A stretch of DNA of 30,339 nucleotides. Origin: a bacterium. Lineage in GTDB: Bacteria > Hinthialibacterota > Hinthialibacteria > Hinthialibacterales > Hinthialibacteraceae. Numbering within the stretch: the first letter of the stretch is position 1; the number at the start of each line of letters is the position of its first letter. The translations under genes were made by a program, and so were the position numbers. The notes beneath the pieces are model-generated. The model searched no databases and was not told the DNA's origin. It saw nothing but the letters and a program-made list of their open reading frames with translations. Positions 24,961 to 30,339 of the stretch are shown here, in pieces. Location: the NCBI GenBank assembly GCA_041946805.1, contig JBHGBC010000060.1, positions 1 to 30,339 of the forward strand. The letters are read 5' to 3'.

Positions 24961-26343
24961 TCACAACAAACCGTATTTCTTGCCTTTTTCCCGGATCGTC
25001 TTGCGGCTGGCGCCGGACACCTGGGACGCTTTGGAAATGTTGCCTCCCACCTTCGCCAGCAAATCGGACAAGTAGCGGTGCTCGAAGGCTTCCACGGCGG
25101 CGTAGAACGGCGTATCCAGCAGGGAAACGTTCCCATGGCCGGCGGCCGGCGGGGTTTGGATTGGAAACGGCTGGCTGAACAACAGATCCCTGGAGCGGAT
25201 CACGTTTCCGTCCGCGAAGGCCACGGCGCGGTCGACCACGGTTCGCAGTTCCCGGATGTTTCCCGGCCAGTGGTATTCCATGAGCGCGTCCATCGCGTCG
25301 GTGGAAAAGGACAAGGGCGCTCCATCATAGAGATGTTGGTTTTCCACCAAAAAATGCCGCGCCAGAAGCGGTATATCCTCTTTCCGCTCGCGCAACGGGG
25401 GGATTTCGATCACGAATCCACTCAACCGGTAATACAAATCCTCCCGGAACTTGCCCGCTTCCACCAGACGGCTCAGGCTGGCGTTGGACGCCGCCAGGAT
25501 GCGGACATCCACGGGGATGAGGTTGTTTTCACCCAGGCGGCGGATCTTCTTATCCTCGATCACGCGCAACAGGCGTGATTGCAGGTAGGAGGAGGAGTTG
25601 CCCACTTCATCCAGCAACAGGGTTCCCCCATGGGCGGATTCGATCATCCCCATCCGGTCGGAAGAGGATCCGGTGAACGAGCCCTGCTTGTGGCCGAACA
25701 ATTCGCTTTCCAGCAAGGTGTCCGACAGTGCGCCGCAGTCGATGGGAACGAAACGCTTGCTGCCCCGGGAACTGCACAGGTGGATGGCCTTGGCTACCAG
25801 CTCCTTGCCCACTCCGCTTTCCCCTTGGATGAGCACGGAGCCGTTCATGCGGGCCACACGGGGGATCAGGTTGAAGATCCGGCGGATCGCGGCGGATTGG
25901 CCGATGAGGTCATGAAAGCGGTGTTGCCGGGGATCGTCGAACCGGGCCGCAAAACGGCGGTGGACACGGTCGAGATTGGATAGGATTTCCCGAGGTTCCA
26001 CGGGTTTGATCATGTAGTTGAAAGCACCCAGGCGCATGGCTTCCACCGCGCTGCCGATGGTGCCGTACCCGGTGATGATGATCACTTCCACGCCGGGTTG
26101 CCGGATCCGGGCTTCCTTCAACAGTTCCACTCCGTCCATGCCGGGCATCGACAAGTCGGTCAAGATGACGTCGAACGGCCGCTGTTCCAAAGTGGCCACA
26201 GCTTCCATCCCGCTGTAAGCCACATCGACCGTGTTGCCTTCCCCGTCCAGCAGGTCGCGAAGCGTGGCCACCATGTCCGGCTCGTCATCCACGACCAAGA
26301 CCCTCAACCCCAAATCCTCATGCCTGTCCTTGATCGTTTCCAT
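24961..26343 (-). CDS. NtrC-family response regulator (REC + AAA+ + Fis-type HTH)
   Basis: VLVVDDE, TDLSMPGMDG (phospho-Asp), IKP; Walker A GESGVGKE, ESELFGH, GSFTGS loop, LLDEV, FREDLYYRL, WPGNIREL; C-terminal GGNISKASQVSG. Start 26343 preferred (track gives 26382). Confidence 0.93.
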   Translation of the reverse strand: METIKDRHEDLGLRVLVVDDEPDMVATLRDLLDGEGNTVDVAYSGMEAVATLEQRPFDVILTDLSMPGMDGVELLKEARIRQPGVEVIIITGYGTIGSAVEAMRLGAFNYMIKPVEPREILSNLDRVHRRFAARFDDPRQHRFHDLIGQSAAIRRIFNLIPRVARMNGSVLIQGESGVGKELVAKAIHLCSSRGSKRFVPIDCGALSDTLLESELFGHKQGSFTGSSSDRMGMIESAHGGTLLLDEVGNSSSYLQSRLLRVIEDKKIRRLGENNLIPVDVRILAASNASLSRLVEAGKFREDLYYRLSGFVIEIPPLRERKEDIPLLARHFLVENQHLYDGAPLSFSTDAMDALMEYHWPGNIRELRTVVDRAVAFADGNVIRSRDLLFSQPFPIQTPPAAGHGNVSLLDTPFYAAVEAFEHRYLSDLLAKVGGNISKASQVSGASRKTIREKGKKYGLL

Positions 26344-26394
26344 CGGCGAATTCCTGTCCCTTCCGGAGCCGCGGAACATCACGTCCCGGGGCGC

Positions 26395-27210
26395 TTAAAC
26401 GGCCAGCCGTTCCGGGGTGACGTGCTCCGCGTCGTTGACTTCGGCGCATTTCACCAGGGAAGGCAGACAGACGGAAAAGCGGCTGCCCTCGTGCAAGCGG
26501 CTTTCCACCGTGATATCCCCCCCCAGGTAATTCGCCAGCCGAAGCGCGATGGTCAATCCCAATCCCGTCCCCTGGCCGTTCTTTTTGGTTGTATAAAATT
26601 GCGCGAAAATGGCGTCCAGGTTCTCAGGAGGGATGCCGCACCCAGTGTCTTCCACGGTGATCCGCGCGCCCTGGTGGAAGGGAGCGGCTTCCACGGTCAT
26701 GACACCTCCCTCATCCATGCTTTGGATGGCATTGAGAATGATATTCAATAAGCATTCCTGGAACGCGTGACAATCCAGGCGGAACCGGGGCAAGGCTTGG
26801 TAGCGCCGCACCAGCTGGATGCTCCTCCACTCCATCTCCTTGGCGAACAACGTCAGCAGGTTATCCGTCAATTGCCGCAGGTCCACAATTTCTTCATTCC
26901 CCCGCGGCATCCGTGACAAATTCAGCAGGTTATCGATGAATTCCTTGGCCCGGCCGACGCTGCGGTTGATGATTTCCAGATTGTTTCCCACAGTGGCGTC
27001 CATCTTGCCTACCGCCCGGTCGATGTTATACGCCGCCGTGCGGATCATACCCAGCAGGTTCCGCATCTCGTGCGCCACACTGGAGGATAGCTGGCCAATG
27101 GCCGCCAGTTTCTCCATGTGCGAGAGATGCAACGGCAACGAATTCAACTCCCCTGCCGGAAGCTTACCGGACCGCTCCAACCGTTCTTGGACAGGCAGGT
27201 GCGATACCAT
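26395..27210 (-). CDS. Cytoplasmic histidine kinase (HisKA + HATPase_c only, no sensor domain)
   Basis: EKLAAIGQLSSSVAHEMRN (H-box), LLNIILNAIQSM (N), DTGCGIP (G1), FYTTK (F), GTGLGL (G2). AGGAG RBS precedes ATG 27210. Confidence 0.9.
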   Translation of the reverse strand: MVSHLPVQERLERSGKLPAGELNSLPLHLSHMEKLAAIGQLSSSVAHEMRNLLGMIRTAAYNIDRAVGKMDATVGNNLEIINRSVGRAKEFIDNLLNLSRMPRGNEEIVDLRQLTDNLLTLFAKEMEWRSIQLVRRYQALPRFRLDCHAFQECLLNIILNAIQSMDEGGVMTVEAAPFHQGARITVEDTGCGIPPENLDAIFAQFYTTKKNGQGTGLGLTIALRLANYLGGDITVESRLHEGSRFSVCLPSLVKCAEVNDAEHVTPERLAV

Positions 27211-28001
27211 GATGTCTCCTCTCCTCAATCCCTTCAGTAAATCCAGTGCTGAATTCCAGTTTAGGATAATTTTAATAATAAAAATCATTATATATTGACA
27301 CTTGTTCCGTTCAGGCGCATTTCCTCCATAAGCAAAACTTTTACCGCGACTTCATGACCACGATGAAACCGTTACACCCGAGTTATATGTTTACGAGTGA
27401 GGTTCTATTGGAATTCTTGGGGGAAGGTTCCCACTGATCGCACGTGGAACAATCCCCTCAACCCAGATTCATCCCAGAAACGAATTTCCTTCACTTTACT
27501 GAAGTCCTAAACGTGTGTCAACAGTTTTCTTTTCAAGAGCTTACGTTCATGAAAGCGTTTTGGGGGAGCCGCAGGCTGGAACAATCCCTCCCACTTCGTT
27601 GGAACCATCATGCCTTGATTTGCCTATCTCATTGATTTTCATAGACATAGCAACAGACCAAATCACACACCGCCCGGTCCTGACAGCCTTCCTGGGCGTT
27701 TCCGACCGTCATCCAAGTTTATTTTTAACAACCGGTTATTCCGGATAGTGGAACATGTGGATCAGTTTCGGAAAAAAAAGACCACCTCCTGTTGATTTCA
27801 TCCGTGATTTTTCATGGAGGGAATGGGATTCGGTCAAAGGGATGTAACAAAATGATGCAAGAAACCGCATCACTTCTTTCCTGGATTCCCGGCCGCTTTT
27901 CAGACCGAAATCCGGCCGCTCCAGCATGGATCACGACAAAACCGGATGGCATCCTGTATAATGGCTACTATCTTCTTTCAACTTCATGAAAGGAATCAAA
28001 A

Positions 28002-28598
28002 ATGATGCGATTCATTGCGATGCTCCTCGGTGGAATCGTGGCGGTGGCCGTGGTGGTGGGATTTACCTTCATCAGCGGATACAACCGCCTGGTGACCCTG
28101 GATCAGGAAATCGAAGCGTCATGGGCCCAAGTGGAGAATCAGTATCAGCGCCGCGCCAATCTCATCCCCAACCTGGTGGAAACCGTCAAGGGCTATGCGG
28201 AAAAGGAACAGGCCATCTTCACTGGCATCGCCGAGGCCCGCGCCAAGATCGGTACAGCTCAAACCCGTCCCGAACGGATGCAGGCCGAAACCGAACTTGG
28301 CGGCTTTCTCTCCCGCCTCCTGATGATCACCGAGAATTACCCGCAGCTGAGAGCCAGTGAGGGTTTCCAGAATTTACAGGCGCAACTGGAGGGGACCGAA
28401 AACCGCATCGCCACCGAGCGGCAGCGGTACATCCAGGCCGTGAAGGAGTACAACATCCAGGTCCGCCGTTTCCCCAGCAACTTTATCGCCGGGCTGGCTG
28501 GGTTCCTGCCGAAGGAAACTTTCGAAGCTTCCGAGCAGGACAAGCAGGTACCCAAGGTGGATTTCGGCGCTTCTGCCCCTCAGTCCCAGGCCCCTTGA
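28002..28598 (+). CDS. lemA: LemA family protein
   Basis: N-terminal TM, YNRLV.LD, WAQVENQYQRRANLIPNLVETVKGYA, ENYPQL, LEGTENRIA.ER.RY, FPSNFIA; AAAGGA RBS. Confidence 0.96.
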   Translation: MMRFIAMLLGGIVAVAVVVGFTFISGYNRLVTLDQEIEASWAQVENQYQRRANLIPNLVETVKGYAEKEQAIFTGIAEARAKIGTAQTRPERMQAETELGGFLSRLLMITENYPQLRASEGFQNLQAQLEGTENRIATERQRYIQAVKEYNIQVRRFPSNFIAGLAGFLPKETFEASEQDKQVPKVDFGASAPQSQAP

Positions 28599-28864
28599 AA
28601 AAAAGAAGATAGAGACTGGCGATCGTTTGTCCACGCCCTGCCGTGGTCTACGGGCAAAGATGGGAAACGGATCTTGTTGACCTCCCTCGGACCTCTTCCT
28701 GGCGAGGTCAGCCAATTTTGTCGCCAAGATGAATCGTGAGGGAAGAATGATTCCTGGTTGTCCTCGGTGGGGAAGAATTCATTTCTCTGGTTCATCAAGT
28801 AATCGGGTTCCTTTTTCCAAATGCCCGCACGGCCTCCCATCGAGTTGATGGATGAGAACCATCC

Positions 28865-28911
28865 CACAATTCCCTCTCTCTTGAGGGTAAGGTTATGGTG
28901 AGGGAATTGTG
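28865..28911. repeat. Degenerate CCCTC..GAGGG-family REP with 12-bp perfect terminal inverted repeat
   Basis: cacaattccctc (28865-28876) ... gagggaattgtg (28900-28911). Confidence 0.6.
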
Positions 28912-29159
28912 ATAGAGGCGTACCTGGGTGTCCACCCGGATTAGCGAGTGGATGAAATGCCTTTTCACTAGCCGGTAAGTACTTGCCGGATGAACCATAT
29001 TGAGCCGGATCTCTTTACGGTAAAGGGATTTTCCATTTTAAAAGGGCGATATTTCATCTCGAATTAGCGGATTTCTTTTCTAGAACTTCGCCCTTTCCAT
29101 GAATACAATATGCTAAAATATATTTTCGGAAATATTTTATCGACCTCTTGATCATTGAG

Positions 29160-29724
29160 ATGGCTATTGATATGCTTTTAATAGAACCAGCATCGACGGG
29201 GAGGAATCTTATAGCGCAGTCTGATTTTTCTACGGCCTCTACGAGGAAGAATGGCTGGAAGTCTAATATCGGGAATATGTTCAATACGCTGTGAACGTGG
29301 CGTACCTGTTCACCCAGGACCAGGAAGCCGCCCAGGATTTCGCCCAGGAGGCGTTCCTGCGCATCCTGGAAGCCATGGCCAAGGGCTGTTATGCGCGAAC
29401 AGCGGAATTTTCGACGTCTCTCTATCGGATTGTGAGAAACTTGTGCCTCAACCATTTCACGCGGCACAAGGAGATCCCATTCGAACATCCGCTTCCGGAG
29501 TGGGCGGAAGAATCCGATCTCAATAAAAGAATCGATCGTATGAATGCCCAGAAATATCTCTCGGCTTTATCGCCGCAACACCGTAATGTCTTCATATTGT
29601 ACTACTTACAGTGTAAATCGTATGCCGATATCGCCGCCCATCCCGGTATCTCGGAAAAGTCCGAGGAAACATTTTGTACCGGGGGAGACAAAAAATCCGG
29701 CGGCATCGGAAAAAACAATTTTGA
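29160..29724 (+). pseudogene. ECF (sigma70 group 4) sigma factor pseudogene
   Basis: Region 2 EEEWLEV*YREY..YAVNVAY...DQEAAQDFAQEAFLR...FSTSLYRIVRNLCLNH has an in-frame TAA at 29264-29266. Region 4 LSPQHRNVFILYY...SYADIA...GISEKS shifts frame at the T-run 29672-29675 into LYRGRQKIRR..QF* (TGA 29722-29724). The 5' end is uncertain. Confidence 0.82.
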
Positions 29725-30280
29725 GGAGCAGGAGGGGGGTTGTGTGTTTAAAGAAGGAAGAATCATGAGTCTGTGATAAATCAGGAGGGCGGAATCGCAA
29801 GAAAAAACGGGACGGTTGCGATCTGAATCGCCAAACCCGCAAGGCACTCCGTATCCTCACCGTGCCAAGGAGGAGGATTGTCCCTTCTGCCGCCTAGAAC
29901 ACCGGAGTTCCCGTAGTCGAACGCGAACGGACTGGTGTGGAACACTGTTGGTGAATTCATAATAACGAAAGAACGGTAACCAGCCGGTGCGGAATAGGAT
30001 CGAAAAAGTGGGGATCAATGTCCGAAAGATCACCGTGGGGAAGATATGCCGGATACCCGGAGGCAGGGGACGCAGGATGTACAGCACAAGCGGAAAGCCC
30101 TGCCGGTAGCTTTAGAGCAGAAAAGATGTCTGCACCAACATCAGGTGACTTTTTGCCGCTCCGTCCTTGATGAACCTGAGATATATATACGTATGGAATT
30201 TGTACGGATCTGTTTATATTATTTGAAGAATGAGATTTTCTGGCTTTGAAAACACCTCTTTTGAAATCCATCAATATTGC

Positions 30281-30339
30281 TGCTAATGGCGGTCGAAAAG
30301 TGAGCAAGGGGCGGTCGAAAAGTGCGGATTTTAGACTAA
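30281..30339. mobile_element. Probable terminus of an IS21-family insertion sequence (runs off the window)
   Basis: Starts 5'-TG (tgctaat), then two perfect 15-bp direct repeats ggcggtcgaaaagtg (30288-30302, 30310-30324; 22-bp period). This matches IS21-family end architecture; no transposase is visible in the window. Confidence 0.65.

Noticed and set aside
27211..27288. N-terminal extension of the histidine kinase (MIFIIKIILNW...) as a membrane anchor
   Set aside because: Derives from AT-rich promoter-like DNA; the strong AGGAG RBS supports the start at 27210, and the segment is too short and interrupted for a TM helix
27601..27614. Sigma54 -24/-12 promoter candidate TGGAACCATCATGC
   Set aside because: GG-to-GC spacing is 9 nt rather than the required 10

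Overview
A GC-rich bacterial chromosomal segment, mostly housekeeping genes with solitary accessory genes and many palindromic (REP-like) repeats between them. The taxon cannot be fixed from the sequence. A 4-Cys TrpRS motif and the short PurH type hint at an anaerobe, and a Pro/Thr-linker dockerin protein hints at a lineage that decorates its surface. Left to right: the 3' end of a Uma2-family endonuclease gene; a PurH-type AICAR transformylase lacking the N-terminal IMP-cyclohydrolase domain; a PD-(D/E)XK nuclease; a minus-strand run of GT-C-like membrane protein, GT2, secreted unknown protein, MFS transporter and a cargo-less Pro/Thr-dockerin protein; the phoH-pgpH-ybeY-CNNM/CorC-DUF502 operon, preceded by a two-domain PPK2 (pap); two exported unknown proteins and a small membrane ORF; trpS; tgt; an AT-rich stand-alone SEFIR/TIR gene (likely anti-phage); a sensor-less histidine kinase plus an NtrC-type regulator with a GSFTGS loop; lemA; a decayed ECF sigma gene; and what looks like an IS21-family terminus at the right edge. 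I saw no rRNA, tRNA or CRISPR array. The best leads for something undescribed are the possible glycosylation/dockerin surface module (2984-9013), the sensor-less kinase/atypical enhancer-binding protein pair with its repeated upstream hairpins, the solitary SEFIR and PD-(D/E)XK defence candidates, and the stacked multi-family repeat clusters. All functional links among these are inference.
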